DNA of 64,000 nt from an uncultured Candidatus Saccharibacteria bacterium. GTDB lineage: Bacteria; Patescibacteriota; Saccharimonadia; CAZBQI01. The DNA lies in the NCBI GenBank assembly GCA_964494105.1, contig CAZBQI010000001.1, forward strand, positions 67,126 to 131,125, read 5' to 3'. Below, piece after piece: positions 1 through 9,536 of the stretch. Position 1 is the stretch's first letter, and the number at the start of each line of letters is the position of its first letter. Position numbers and translations under genes: made by a program. Below the pieces are notes generated by a model. It made no database searches. It saw only the letters and a list, made by a program, of their open reading frames with translations, and had not been told where the DNA came from.

Positions 1-8
1 ATTAAGAT

Positions 9-323
9 ATGGAAAACCGGGATGATATTTTAAGTCTCTGGCCGGAACTGCACAAAGTAGTTTTTGAAAATGACAAAGCTAGAGTAATCAAATCATCTTT
101 ACCACCGGGTAAAAAACTATCCATGCATTGGCATCCCAGTCACGTCGGAATTATTGTTAAAGGCAGTCGAGTCAAGATTACTAAGCCAAATTCTGAACCC
201 GAAGAAGTGGACGTTGAGGACGGTGCATTTTTTGAAGGAAGAGAGGGTACTCATGCTGTTGAGAACATTGGTACAACAACCATAGAAGAGTACTTTATTG
301 AATTTAAGTTGAAAAATGGCTGA
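9..323 (+). CDS. cupin-domain protein
   Basis: 104-aa ORF. Conserved-His beta-barrel pattern (HWHPSHVGIIVKG ... GTHAVEN) typical of small cupins. Confidence 0.5.
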   Translation: MENRDDILSLWPELHKVVFENDKARVIKSSLPPGKKLSMHWHPSHVGIIVKGSRVKITKPNSEPEEVDVEDGAFFEGREGTHAVENIGTTTIEEYFIEFKLKNG

Positions 324-843
324 GTCTTTCACAAGTATTTTACTAGAGGGAAAAGTAAATTCTCTCGGTCGTACGCAAGAAGTGGTGGAAATAGTTTTGC
401 ATGACAAGTCTCGATTAGCCGAGTTGTATCAATGTTTATTTGAAGACGACCAGTGGTTGCGTATGCGGGCCGGTGATGCGCTAGAGAAAGTCTGTCGCGT
501 GCACCCCGGGTGGTTCACTGGCTACCTGTCAAAGCTATTCAACGAGATGGCCAAGATAGACCAGCCATCTATTCAGTGGCACTTAGCCCAAATGCTAGGT
601 GAGATTGAGCTCGATGCAAGCTACCAGCAAAAGGCCAATAATTTGCTTTGCAAAAACGTATCTACGACAGATGTCGACTGGATAGTAGCTGCTAATTCGA
701 TGATTACACTAGTACAGTTCGCAAAAAGCCGTAAGATTGATGCAAAAACTGTGATGAATCTTTTAAAGGTTCAACAGCACCATCATTCGAATGCAGTATG
801 TAAAAAAGCCACGAAGCTTTTAGCTGAGCTCCAAAATCGCTAG
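316..843 (+). CDS. HEAT-repeat DNA alkylation-repair-like protein (AlkC/AlkD-like)
   Basis: 175-aa all-alpha ORF with helical repeats (WLRMRAGDALEKV...). Similarity is judged by eye only. Overlaps the upstream ORF by 8 nt. Confidence 0.35.
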   Translation: MAESFTSILLEGKVNSLGRTQEVVEIVLHDKSRLAELYQCLFEDDQWLRMRAGDALEKVCRVHPGWFTGYLSKLFNEMAKIDQPSIQWHLAQMLGEIELDASYQQKANNLLCKNVSTTDVDWIVAANSMITLVQFAKSRKIDAKTVMNLLKVQQHHHSNAVCKKATKLLAELQNR

Positions 844-857
844 TGTAGTATAAATAC

Positions 858-1268
858 ATGGGTTGGTTTTATTTAATCGGTTACGTGATAATTATCGGTG
901 TGGCTACCTTTCTGATGAAGGTGTCGCTAAAAGACACCACACCTTACCAGCTAAATCTACTTATGGGGATTGGTATGCTACTTACCGGGATTCCAGCTCT
1001 GTGGTTGGCGCAAAAAAACTTAAAGATACCCCTAAAAGAGGCACCCATGGGCCTAGGTATTGGATTAGCAATGGCTATTGGCTCCCTTTTGTTTGTATTA
1101 GCAATTAATAAACTACCAGCCGGCCTTACTGCCGCTATTGCCAGCTGCTATGTGGTTGTAGTAGTGGTTCTTTCGTGGTTAATCCTTAAGGAATCGTTCG
1201 ACGTGGTAAAAGCTCTGGGGATTGTGCTTACGCTGGGCGGTGTAGCGATATTGGCGTATAAAGGATAG
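858..1268 (+). CDS. small EamA/DMT-family membrane transporter (4 TM)
   Basis: 136-aa ORF with four hydrophobic helices and an EamA-like G/A-rich TM pattern. Confidence 0.45.
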   Translation: MGWFYLIGYVIIIGVATFLMKVSLKDTTPYQLNLLMGIGMLLTGIPALWLAQKNLKIPLKEAPMGLGIGLAMAIGSLLFVLAINKLPAGLTAAIASCYVVVVVVLSWLILKESFDVVKALGIVLTLGGVAILAYKG

Positions 1269-1271
1269 CAA

Positions 1272-1529
1272 ATGAAGCTCTCGAAAAACTTAACAACAGT
1301 TACAACTCTCAGCAAGGTGCTGGCCGTAGCTCTATATTTTGTCGTAATGATGATCGGGTTCTTTCTAGGAGTGCAGTACCAGAAAAGCCAGGTTACAAGT
1401 CAGATAGATTCTTATGAAGAATGCGTTGAAGCGGGCGGTAGAGTAGCAGAAAAGTATCCTCCTACGTGTTATTTAGATGATGGACGTAGTTTTGATTCGG
1501 ACGCGCCTGCACCGGTTATAATTGATTAA
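1272..1529 (+). CDS. hypothetical membrane-anchored small protein
   Basis: 85-aa ORF with one N-terminal TM helix. Starts 4 nt after the upstream stop. Confidence 0.35.
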   Translation: MKLSKNLTTVTTLSKVLAVALYFVVMMIGFFLGVQYQKSQVTSQIDSYEECVEAGGRVAEKYPPTCYLDDGRSFDSDAPAPVIID

Positions 1530-1541
1530 GAAAGGTTTTTT

Positions 1542-1907
1542 ATGTATAAAACAGCAATACTGATTGGTTTAATTTCATTTGTAATATTAGCGGTGCTTGG
1601 CTTTGGTTGGCGTAGATCGTTTACCGAAAATGGCGATGCTCCGTTACTGCGAGGCATAATGCTAGAGAGTGGCTGGGTTGCCCAAACTGATACTGGCGCT
1701 ATCGGGTGCCTTTCGATAACGGTAGAGTCGAGCTACAAAGGGTTACCTTTTGTTAATAGTGTTAATCAAAGTGGATGCAATGGTGAATATGTCGCCACAA
1801 ATACGACAGCAAAAATATTGAATGGTGTAGCTGTATTTCTGCTGAGTTTATTATCTGTATTTTTATCGGTTAAGCTATTGCGAAATAAAAAAGTAAAATC
1901 TAGTTAA
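1542..1907 (+). CDS. hypothetical membrane protein
   Basis: 121-aa ORF with TM helices at both ends. Confidence 0.35.
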   Translation: MYKTAILIGLISFVILAVLGFGWRRSFTENGDAPLLRGIMLESGWVAQTDTGAIGCLSITVESSYKGLPFVNSVNQSGCNGEYVATNTTAKILNGVAVFLLSLLSVFLSVKLLRNKKVKSS

Positions 1908-2451
1908 TATCCTGCACAACCACATTAGCGACACTCTCAGCATCAGCTAAAATATGTTCGTCCGGCTGGGGCCCGCCGTTGCTGATAATTAACCAAACAT
2001 TGCTCTTTAGTACGTTTAATTGGCCGAGCTCCGGGTTCCAAAAAGCCATTTCACCAATACCGGTTACTTCTTGGGCACCTTCGGGCACTGGATCGAATTG
2101 CGCCTGGTTGCTTTCGGCACCAGCTTCGGTTTTAGGTGAGCGGGCCAAAACGCTAGCGGTTTTAATGCCGGATACCGTACCGGTGTCGTAAGTATATGTA
2201 CAACTACTGACTGTCACATCATCATTACTGGCTGCTGTTTCGCCACTTTCGCCTTTCGTAGTGGTGCTACCTAAAATGGCTTGAGCTTCTTCAAGGGTGA
2301 AGATTTCGCAAGCATCGATTATCTGAAAATTTTGAGTGACTTGTTCGTTCTGCACAGTCTCTTGCGGATTTGGCTTGAAAATCAACCACCCAGTAATCCC
2401 CAAAGTGACAATTATTAACGTGACTACAATTATTGTTAAGGATTTCTTCAT
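1900..2451 (-). CDS. hypothetical N-terminally anchored secreted protein
   Basis: The ORF track starts it at 2553. The internal ATG at 2451 (MKKSLTIIVVTLIIV...) gives a canonical signal-anchor, and the extension would overlap the divergent neighbour. End overlaps the convergent upstream ORF. Confidence 0.4.
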   Translation of the reverse strand: MKKSLTIIVVTLIIVTLGITGWLIFKPNPQETVQNEQVTQNFQIIDACEIFTLEEAQAILGSTTTKGESGETAASNDDVTVSSCTYTYDTGTVSGIKTASVLARSPKTEAGAESNQAQFDPVPEGAQEVTGIGEMAFWNPELGQLNVLKSNVWLIISNGGPQPDEHILADAESVANVVVQDIN

Positions 2452-2524
2452 AAACACCCTTTTTCTTAATACATTCAGTGTAACAAATGATTTAAGAAAC
2501 AAAGTAGGCTGTATAATATTACCA

Positions 2525-5467
2525 ATGCAAAAACGAAGGTGGCTAAACACCAAATTAGTGCTTGGCGTAGGAATTATATTTGTTTCTATATATACTTTTG
2601 CTACTCATTATTCACCGGTGCGCGCAGATCTAACGACTGGTTTACTTGTTCACTACACCTTTGAAAATACTAGTGGTAGCAATGTATACGATAGCTCAGG
2701 AAATAATCGAACTGCTTCACTAAGCGGTAATGCCACAATAAGTAGTGGCCTTTCAGGTAGCGGCGTTAACTTTGATGGAACTTCTGGCTATATGCAGGTG
2801 CCTCATCAGTTGGTGCCTGGCCAGCAGGCAGATTTTACCTACAGTTTTTTTGTTAAAGCCGATGCAGGTGGTGATAGCAATCAGTACTTAATGGGTCAAA
2901 GTAGTAGTGGCACGTTCAATAATGATTGCTTTAGCGTAGATTACGACAACGTAGGCAAGTCTTTAAAAGTACTAGCTACAAATAATGGTAATGGTGCTCA
3001 AATAACAACCTCGGCTGATCTTTCGAACTGGACGCATATTGCAGTCACAAATTCGCATACTTACGGTGAGTCGCAAGTATATGTCAATGGAGTTGCTACT
3101 TCAGGCCCAGAGGCGACATGTAGTCAGGCTCTCGCCAGTCAGTTTATGATTGGTAGAGCGCCTTACAGCGGTTATAACATGGAATTAGACGGGTCAATGG
3201 ACGAGATCCGGGTTTATAATCGCGTATTAAGCGCCGCCGAAATTTACCAGTTAGCTACCGAAGGCAATACGAATTCAGTTAACATAACTAGCCCAAGCAA
3301 TGGCAGTACTGTTAAGGGCTCTGTGAATCTTACTGCTAGTACGAGCGGTAGCCCTGCAATTGCATCGGTTAAGTATTATGCCAATGGAAGTGCACTTAGC
3401 ACGGCACTAACAACAGATCCCTATACATATACTTGGGATCTTAGTGCTGTCGAGCAAGGAGAGTATTTGCTGGTGGCTGTTGCTACCGATGTAAATGGGG
3501 TTACTGTGCCATCACAAGCCGTATTAGTAACGGTCGACAACGACCCAACAATAGCCATGCAAAGCTCCAAGAGTATACAGAAAACATCGAACAGGATTGC
3601 TTGGATAACTAGTGAGCCCACCACAGCGCGCGTGGATTATGGGTTAACAAGTTCATATGGTTCACAGACTACTCTTGATACTTCACTAAGTTATTATCAC
3701 GAGCAAACTCTGTCTAATTTAACGCCTGGTACAACTTATCATTACCGTGTCACATCCGTGGATTCTAATGATAATAGTGTTAGTTCTAGCGACTCGACCT
3801 TTACTACAATTAGTGATGCCACAGGTAATGAGTGGCATGTTACAACGAGTGGAACGTCTGGTGGAAATGGCTCAGTTAGTAACCCGTGGGATTTAGCGAC
3901 GGCTTTAGCGCAACCAGTTGCTGTTCAGCCAGGTGACACAATTTGGCTACATGGGGGGAACTATAGTGGAAACTACTCCAGCACGTTAACTGGTTCTGCC
4001 ACAGCGCCAATAGTTGTGCGTAACTACAACGATGAAAGAGTGATTATAGATGGTGGAGGTGGAAGCGGTTTTGCCCTGACTGTATATGGCTCGGATGCTT
4101 GGTACTGGGGTCTAGAAATTATGAGTTCTGGACTCGATAGGGATGTGTCTAACGCTGGATCGAGCCCGCCGGACCTAAACCACGCTTATGGATTTTATAT
4201 TTTTGGTGTTCGTACGCGGTTTATAAACAACATTGTTCACGACACGTCGCAGGGTTTTGGCTTTTGGACACCTGCAGTTGACTCAGAGCTTTATGGCAAT
4301 TTGGTTTACTACAACGGCTGGGAAGGTCCTGATCGTGGTCACGGACACGGTTTATATGTTCAAAATAATACCGGCATGAAGTACCTAGCTAATAATTTTG
4401 TATTTAGTAACTTTGGCTGGGGATTGCATGCTTACACTGAGGGAGGTCGCATAAATAACATTCAGACCGATGGCAATACTTTTTTTGAAAACGGTAAAAT
4501 CTCTGCCTTTGGATACACAACCAATCTGTTACATGGCGGGCTACAAATTGCTCAAAATCCAATGATTTTTAACAATGCAACCTATTACCCTCAAGCTGGA
4601 GGTGGTGGGGCGATAGGTCTTGGTTACAGTGCCGGATGCAATAGGCCAACGGTTGAGGGTAATTACTTTGCGGCAGAATCGGCCATTGATATTGGTGGTA
4701 GTTGTACTCATGAAACGTTTAAGAACAACTTATTTTATGGCAGTGTACCTGGTGGGCTTGAGACTAATTTCCCAGATAATACATATAAAACTAGCGCTCC
4801 TACTACTAATGCTACGCTACTGCGACCAAACCAATACGAGCCCAATAAAACAAATCTCACTATCTATAATTGGCAACAACTCAATAGTGTAGATGTGAAT
4901 CTATCCGCCGTCCTTACCGCTAATGATACGTACGAAATACGCGATGTTCAGAATTACTTTGGTGACCCAATTGCTAGTGGTACCTATGGGGGTAGTACAG
5001 TTTCTATTCCTATGAATTCAACGGCCGTTACAGCTGCTATTGGGTCTAATATACCGGTAGCACCAACTCATACCGCCAAAGAATTCGGCGCCTTTATGAT
5101 AATAAAGACCGGACACACCGACCCGGCTGATGAACCTCCAAGCGATGGTGCACCATCCTCAGGCGATGCCACTACAAATTCCACGAATAACACTAGTGGT
5201 TTTGGTAGAGTGTTGTCTATTATTAATACAGTTACACAATATGCTACAGGACAGTACTTCTTTGCCGATTCAGTTGTGGGCGTATCAGAACCAAACTCTA
5301 CTGACAGCACTGAAAAGAAAGTGGTAGAGGCCGGTCCTTTTGTTCAAGAAAATGCCTTAAAACAAATGTTCGCATCTCAGTGGCGTCCATTTTTAGCTAT
5401 TGGCGCTTTGACTCTAGCTGGAGGCTTGGTGGCAATTTATCTACGAAGGAAAACTAGAGTACATTAA
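2525..5467 (+). CDS. cell-surface LamG / Ig-like / FN3 / right-handed beta-helix protein with C-terminal TM anchor
   Basis: Start trimmed to ATG 2525 (MQKRRWLNTKLVLGVGIIF, signal-peptide-like). It has a LamG / concanavalin-like signature (DGSMDEIRVYNRVLSAAEIYQL), then Ig-like and FN3-like beta modules. A parallel beta-helix repeat region follows (NNIVHDTSQGFGFW, GNLVYYNGWEG, NNFVFSNFGWGLHAY). The C-terminus is a TM helix plus RRKTRVH. Confidence 0.7.
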   Translation: MQKRRWLNTKLVLGVGIIFVSIYTFATHYSPVRADLTTGLLVHYTFENTSGSNVYDSSGNNRTASLSGNATISSGLSGSGVNFDGTSGYMQVPHQLVPGQQADFTYSFFVKADAGGDSNQYLMGQSSSGTFNNDCFSVDYDNVGKSLKVLATNNGNGAQITTSADLSNWTHIAVTNSHTYGESQVYVNGVATSGPEATCSQALASQFMIGRAPYSGYNMELDGSMDEIRVYNRVLSAAEIYQLATEGNTNSVNITSPSNGSTVKGSVNLTASTSGSPAIASVKYYANGSALSTALTTDPYTYTWDLSAVEQGEYLLVAVATDVNGVTVPSQAVLVTVDNDPTIAMQSSKSIQKTSNRIAWITSEPTTARVDYGLTSSYGSQTTLDTSLSYYHEQTLSNLTPGTTYHYRVTSVDSNDNSVSSSDSTFTTISDATGNEWHVTTSGTSGGNGSVSNPWDLATALAQPVAVQPGDTIWLHGGNYSGNYSSTLTGSATAPIVVRNYNDERVIIDGGGGSGFALTVYGSDAWYWGLEIMSSGLDRDVSNAGSSPPDLNHAYGFYIFGVRTRFINNIVHDTSQGFGFWTPAVDSELYGNLVYYNGWEGPDRGHGHGLYVQNNTGMKYLANNFVFSNFGWGLHAYTEGGRINNIQTDGNTFFENGKISAFGYTTNLLHGGLQIAQNPMIFNNATYYPQAGGGGAIGLGYSAGCNRPTVEGNYFAAESAIDIGGSCTHETFKNNLFYGSVPGGLETNFPDNTYKTSAPTTNATLLRPNQYEPNKTNLTIYNWQQLNSVDVNLSAVLTANDTYEIRDVQNYFGDPIASGTYGGSTVSIPMNSTAVTAAIGSNIPVAPTHTAKEFGAFMIIKTGHTDPADEPPSDGAPSSGDATTNSTNNTSGFGRVLSIINTVTQYATGQYFFADSVVGVSEPNSTDSTEKKVVEAGPFVQENALKQMFASQWRPFLAIGALTLAGGLVAIYLRRKTRVH

Positions 5468-5557
5468 TTTGGCCGTTTGCTATATAAAGATAGTGCGCCC
5501 GGCTATAGATGCTTTTGCTTGCATAGTAGAGGTAGGTGCAATGTATAATATTGCCCA

Positions 5558-8500
5558 ATGGCAAATAAGAGGCACGGACTTAGTACTCGCATTACGCAAT
5601 ACTTTATTGAGCATTCCCGTATTACCGTAATCGCGCTCGCGACATTAGTAACTTTTGGTATCATTTCACTGCTAACCCTAAAGACCAGCGGTTTTCCTAG
5701 CCCAGAAGTTAACTTTGTAGTTATTAACACAGCTTATCCTGGTGCGTCTTCGTCGACAGTGCTGAAGGATGTGACAAAACCAATCGAATCTAGCATTAAG
5801 CAAGTTGACGGGGTTAAATCGTATTCTTCACAGAGTCTTGATAATTTCTCTATCGTTACAGTAAACATTGATGAATCGGCTAATGCAGATGCCGTTAAGG
5901 CTAAAATTGATTCCACCGTGCGCTCGGTAGCATTGCCGGAAACCGCTAAAGACCCAGAGGTAGCCACACCAAAAATATCTAACGACGAGTACAGTTACGC
6001 AATTGTTAGTAAGAATGGCGACATCCAAACGGCTTATCAGGCGACAGATATACTACGCAAGAAGCTCGAGCAAGATCCGGCGGTCATTGCGGTTAATGTG
6101 GCCGGCAAACTAAAACAAGAAGTAGTTGTTCAGTTGGATGCAGCCAAGCTAAACGCAGCCGGTCTTACACAAGAAGAAGTTAGCAATCAGTTAAAGACTT
6201 GGGGTCTAGCTATACCTGCAGCCGAAAACGCTAACTTTAGCGCCAAAAACTACAACATCGTGTTAACTCTGAGTGGTAGTAGCCTCGAGGAACTGCAGAA
6301 TCTCATGATTGCCAGCCAAAGTGCTCCGTTTGGGGTAAAGCTTTCGCAGGTTGCGGATGTTGGGACCATGTTTAGCTTAGAAGATCAAGCAGACGATGTA
6401 GTCGGTTTTCGTAGCAATGGTGAGGCTAATGTAGAAAAGTCGGTAATCTTTGGGATTGATGTAGATGACAACGCCAACCTAAGCAAGTATGACCCCAAAC
6501 TGCAAGATACTCTAACAAAATATTTCGATCCGGATGCGGCCTCGCATGCAGAGCTAACGCCAGCTGAGCGCGAGCTTTTTGACCAAGTTGAATTAGTTGA
6601 TGTGTATAACACCAACACCGATAATCAGCGTCAGATTCAGGAAGTTTTGGCCGGTTTAGCTGGCGAGAAGTGGGGAATACCGGTTATTGGCTGGATTGGC
6701 TTCGCTTTTGGCGCTATTCAGTTGGTGTTTATTTTTATGATGATTCTGGTCAGTTGGCGAGCAGCCATCATCGCGGCAATTGCCATTCCGTTAAGTTTCT
6801 TTTTCTCGACGATTACGTTGCTGCTAACGGGTAACGACTTAAACACCTTAACGCTGTTTTCACTGGTGTTGGTGATTGGCTTAGTGGTAGACCCGGCCAT
6901 TGTGGTATTAGAGGTTATTCAACGCTACATAGATAAGGGCGAAAAAGGTAAGCAGGCGGTGCTGTCGGCAATTGATGATATTGGCTACGGATTATTTATA
7001 GCGGTTCTAACGTCAATTCTGGTGTTCATTCCATTTGGGGTTGTATCAGGTATTTTTGGTGCCATCATTGCCTATATTCCCCTCACTATTATTCCGGCTT
7101 TAATTGGTTCCTACATAGTGCCGCTAATCTTTCTGGCCTGGTTTGGTAGCAAGATTCTAAAGCGCCGACCAGGCAAGTCGCAAGATGAAGAAAAAAACTT
7201 GTGGCGTAGCGCTCGCTGGATGATCAAAACTAATCGTCGTTTACTAAATCTCGGAGTTTTGCCGCGAATTGGTATTATCATTGTTTCGCTTGTCTTGCCG
7301 TTTGTTGTAGCTGGTGTCTATTTGGGAAGTGGCCAAGTCAAAATGGTACAGTTTTCGCAACCCGAAGACGGTGAGTTTTTGCAGATGGTGGTGGCTAAGT
7401 ATCCACAAGCCTCTGCTATTACTACCGAGGCTAATGCCAAGCAACTGCTAAGCGAAATCATGAAAAACCCGAACGTGGAGTATGTTGCGCCAATCTATAG
7501 CCAAGGTCCCACAAACGTTAGCTACTTCATTAAGCTTAAGGACCCTAGTGAGCGCAAAGGCAATACGGCCAGTGAAATTGCCGATAATTTTAATCATGTT
7601 TTTGAAAATTCAAATGTAGATGATGTTTTCTTTGACGTTAATGTAAGCACGCTTAGTCCAGGGCCACCGAATGCAATATTCCCAATTAGCATTGGTATAA
7701 AAAGCCAAGACCTCAATATTCAATCCCAAGTAGCTGGTGATGTAACAAAGATACTCAATCAAATGTGCCATAGCGATAGTGGCTTTAGCGTAAATTCTAA
7801 TTGCTCAGATGAAAACAAAGTGGTTGTAAAAATAGATAATGGCCAAGGTGCTCAGGCCAATAAATTTATCGAAGTGCGGTTGGATCGGTCTAAACTATTG
7901 ATGAGTCCAGTTAACCCAATTGCTTTGCGTGAGCAGCTGGCAAGCGTATACCAGCTAAATAGTGGCGAGGAATTAGCTAAGCTCCAAAGTGGAAACGAAC
8001 AGCTGCCAATTATAATCGCGCAAAATAATCAGAAACCGGCGAGCATAAATCAGTTACAGGCAGTGCCAGTTTTGACACTAACTGGGCAGAGTGTGCCACT
8101 TGGTCAGATTGCGGATGTGCGCGAGGTGGAAAGCCCGGGCAGTATTCGACAAGTTGATGGCGAGGCAGTTGGTGTAGTTACGGCCAAAGTACAACCCGAA
8201 TTCTCCGATCAGCAAAATGCAGCACTAGTACAGCAAAAAGTAATTGATGAGTTCAAGAATAACTACAAAGGCAAATATCCTCAGGAATTAGTTGTAGAAG
8301 GCTACAGCGAGGGCGATGTTGCAAGTATTGCTAAAAGTTTTAGTGAGCTAGGCATAGCGCTGCTGCTGGCGATTGTGCTTACGTACTTGTTGTTGGTGCT
8401 GTTCTTCGACAGCCTGAGCATGCCGTTGGTTATCCTGTTTGCCATTCCGTTAACATTTCTTGGCATTTTCCCGGGCCTGGCTTACCTGGCAGGTGGTCAG

Positions 8501-8857
8501 CTAGGTTTTCTGGAGATTATTGGCATTATCATTCTGGTTGGACTGGTAGAAAACGTGGCTATATTCTTAATTGACGCGGCTAACCGTAAGGAGCGTGAGG
8601 GCTGGAAACCAAAAGACGCAATTGCCTATGCCAGTGGTGTACGTTTTCGCCCAATTATTTTGACTAAAGTCATGGCCGTAGCATCGTTAGCACCGCTCGC
8701 AATTCTATCAGAGTTTTATCGTTCACTGTCGGTGGTAATTATTTTTGGGTTGCTAACCTCGGGCATCCTCTCGCTGTTTGTAACGCCAATCCTCTACATT
8801 GCCTTCCAGGATTTCAGCCAATTTATACGCGGTATTGGCGGACGAAAAAAGGCCTAA
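5558..8857 (+). CDS. RND-superfamily (AcrB/MMPL-like) membrane transporter
   Basis: 1099 aa. Two clusters of about 6 TM helices each follow two large extracytoplasmic loops. The N-terminus (YFIEHSRITVIALATL) is RND-like. Confidence 0.75.
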   Translation: MANKRHGLSTRITQYFIEHSRITVIALATLVTFGIISLLTLKTSGFPSPEVNFVVINTAYPGASSSTVLKDVTKPIESSIKQVDGVKSYSSQSLDNFSIVTVNIDESANADAVKAKIDSTVRSVALPETAKDPEVATPKISNDEYSYAIVSKNGDIQTAYQATDILRKKLEQDPAVIAVNVAGKLKQEVVVQLDAAKLNAAGLTQEEVSNQLKTWGLAIPAAENANFSAKNYNIVLTLSGSSLEELQNLMIASQSAPFGVKLSQVADVGTMFSLEDQADDVVGFRSNGEANVEKSVIFGIDVDDNANLSKYDPKLQDTLTKYFDPDAASHAELTPAERELFDQVELVDVYNTNTDNQRQIQEVLAGLAGEKWGIPVIGWIGFAFGAIQLVFIFMMILVSWRAAIIAAIAIPLSFFFSTITLLLTGNDLNTLTLFSLVLVIGLVVDPAIVVLEVIQRYIDKGEKGKQAVLSAIDDIGYGLFIAVLTSILVFIPFGVVSGIFGAIIAYIPLTIIPALIGSYIVPLIFLAWFGSKILKRRPGKSQDEEKNLWRSARWMIKTNRRLLNLGVLPRIGIIIVSLVLPFVVAGVYLGSGQVKMVQFSQPEDGEFLQMVVAKYPQASAITTEANAKQLLSEIMKNPNVEYVAPIYSQGPTNVSYFIKLKDPSERKGNTASEIADNFNHVFENSNVDDVFFDVNVSTLSPGPPNAIFPISIGIKSQDLNIQSQVAGDVTKILNQMCHSDSGFSVNSNCSDENKVVVKIDNGQGAQANKFIEVRLDRSKLLMSPVNPIALREQLASVYQLNSGEELAKLQSGNEQLPIIIAQNNQKPASINQLQAVPVLTLTGQSVPLGQIADVREVESPGSIRQVDGEAVGVVTAKVQPEFSDQQNAALVQQKVIDEFKNNYKGKYPQELVVEGYSEGDVASIAKSFSELGIALLLAIVLTYLLLVLFFDSLSMPLVILFAIPLTFLGIFPGLAYLAGGQLGFLEIIGIIILVGLVENVAIFLIDAANRKEREGWKPKDAIAYASGVRFRPIILTKVMAVASLAPLAILSEFYRSLSVVIIFGLLTSGILSLFVTPILYIAFQDFSQFIRGIGGRKKA

Positions 8858-9438
8858 ATAAATTTAAAGGCGAGGATTGCAGCAAATGCAATGGCATACA
8901 ATAACCAGCCAAAGGTGTCTGCACCACTGTTAAAACAGCGTTCGAGCATCGTTTTGGTCTTCTTGCTAAATGGTAAGTCGTTGGCATTAATCCGTAGCCA
9001 GGCCCAGTTCATGGCAATCACACCGGCATAGCAGAAAATACAGAAAATACAGAGTGCGCCAATTACATACGCACTTTGCCAGAGGTACCAAGCGCCGAAG
9101 CCCAAAAAGAACACACTAAAGAAGTGTAGGATTTTACGGTACATTGCTCCGAGGCTTCCGCCACTGATTACTGCGAAACCGGCGCCAAGTACAACAGCAA
9201 AAAAGACAATGCACATGAGTGAATTAGAAAAGCCAAAGACTGATGATTGCCAGGAATCAAACACATTAGAACAACTAAAAATTTTATTCAAATCGCAAGC
9301 CAGTGGTGTCGAAGGGTTGGAAGCGAAATTAATTTTCTCGACAGTCTGGATGAACGAAGCGACAAGGCCAACAGCCGAGGCAAATGTAAGTACACCCCAT
9401 AGTGATTTAGAAGATGTGTTTTTGGTTAGATTAGCCAT
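8854..9438 (-). CDS. vitamin K epoxide reductase (VKOR) family membrane oxidoreductase
   Basis: 194-aa polytopic protein with a loop Cys pair (ACDLNKIFSC) and a TM CxxC (CIFCIFC) as in bacterial VKOR/DsbB analogues. Convergent 4-nt overlap with the RND gene. Confidence 0.65.
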   Translation of the reverse strand: MANLTKNTSSKSLWGVLTFASAVGLVASFIQTVEKINFASNPSTPLACDLNKIFSCSNVFDSWQSSVFGFSNSLMCIVFFAVVLGAGFAVISGGSLGAMYRKILHFFSVFFLGFGAWYLWQSAYVIGALCIFCIFCYAGVIAMNWAWLRINANDLPFSKKTKTMLERCFNSGADTFGWLLYAIAFAAILAFKFI

Positions 9439-9485
9439 TGCATTAATTATAGTCGCAAGTTTTGCAATCGCAAATCACACATAGC

Positions 9486-9514
9486 TTGCAAGCTAGCTTG
9501 ATTTAGTCTATAAT
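9486..9514 (+). promoter_or_regulatory. sigma70-like promoter (TTGCAA-17-TATAAT) upstream of the L,D-transpeptidase gene
   Basis: -35 TTGCAA at 9486-9491, 17-nt spacer, -10 TATAAT at 9509-9514. An SD (AAGAGGTGA) precedes the ATG at 9537. Confidence 0.4.
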
Positions 9515-9536
9515 ATAGTAAATAAGAGGTGATGCA

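Noticed and set aside
2336-2524. N-terminal 63-codon extension of the beta-helix protein ORF as given in the ORF track.
   Set aside because: The extension overlaps the divergent minus-strand gene and lacks signal-peptide character. The internal ATG at 2525 gives a canonical signal peptide.
9209-9484. 91-aa plus-strand ORF.
   Set aside because: It lies entirely inside the VKOR gene on the opposite strand, with no motif.
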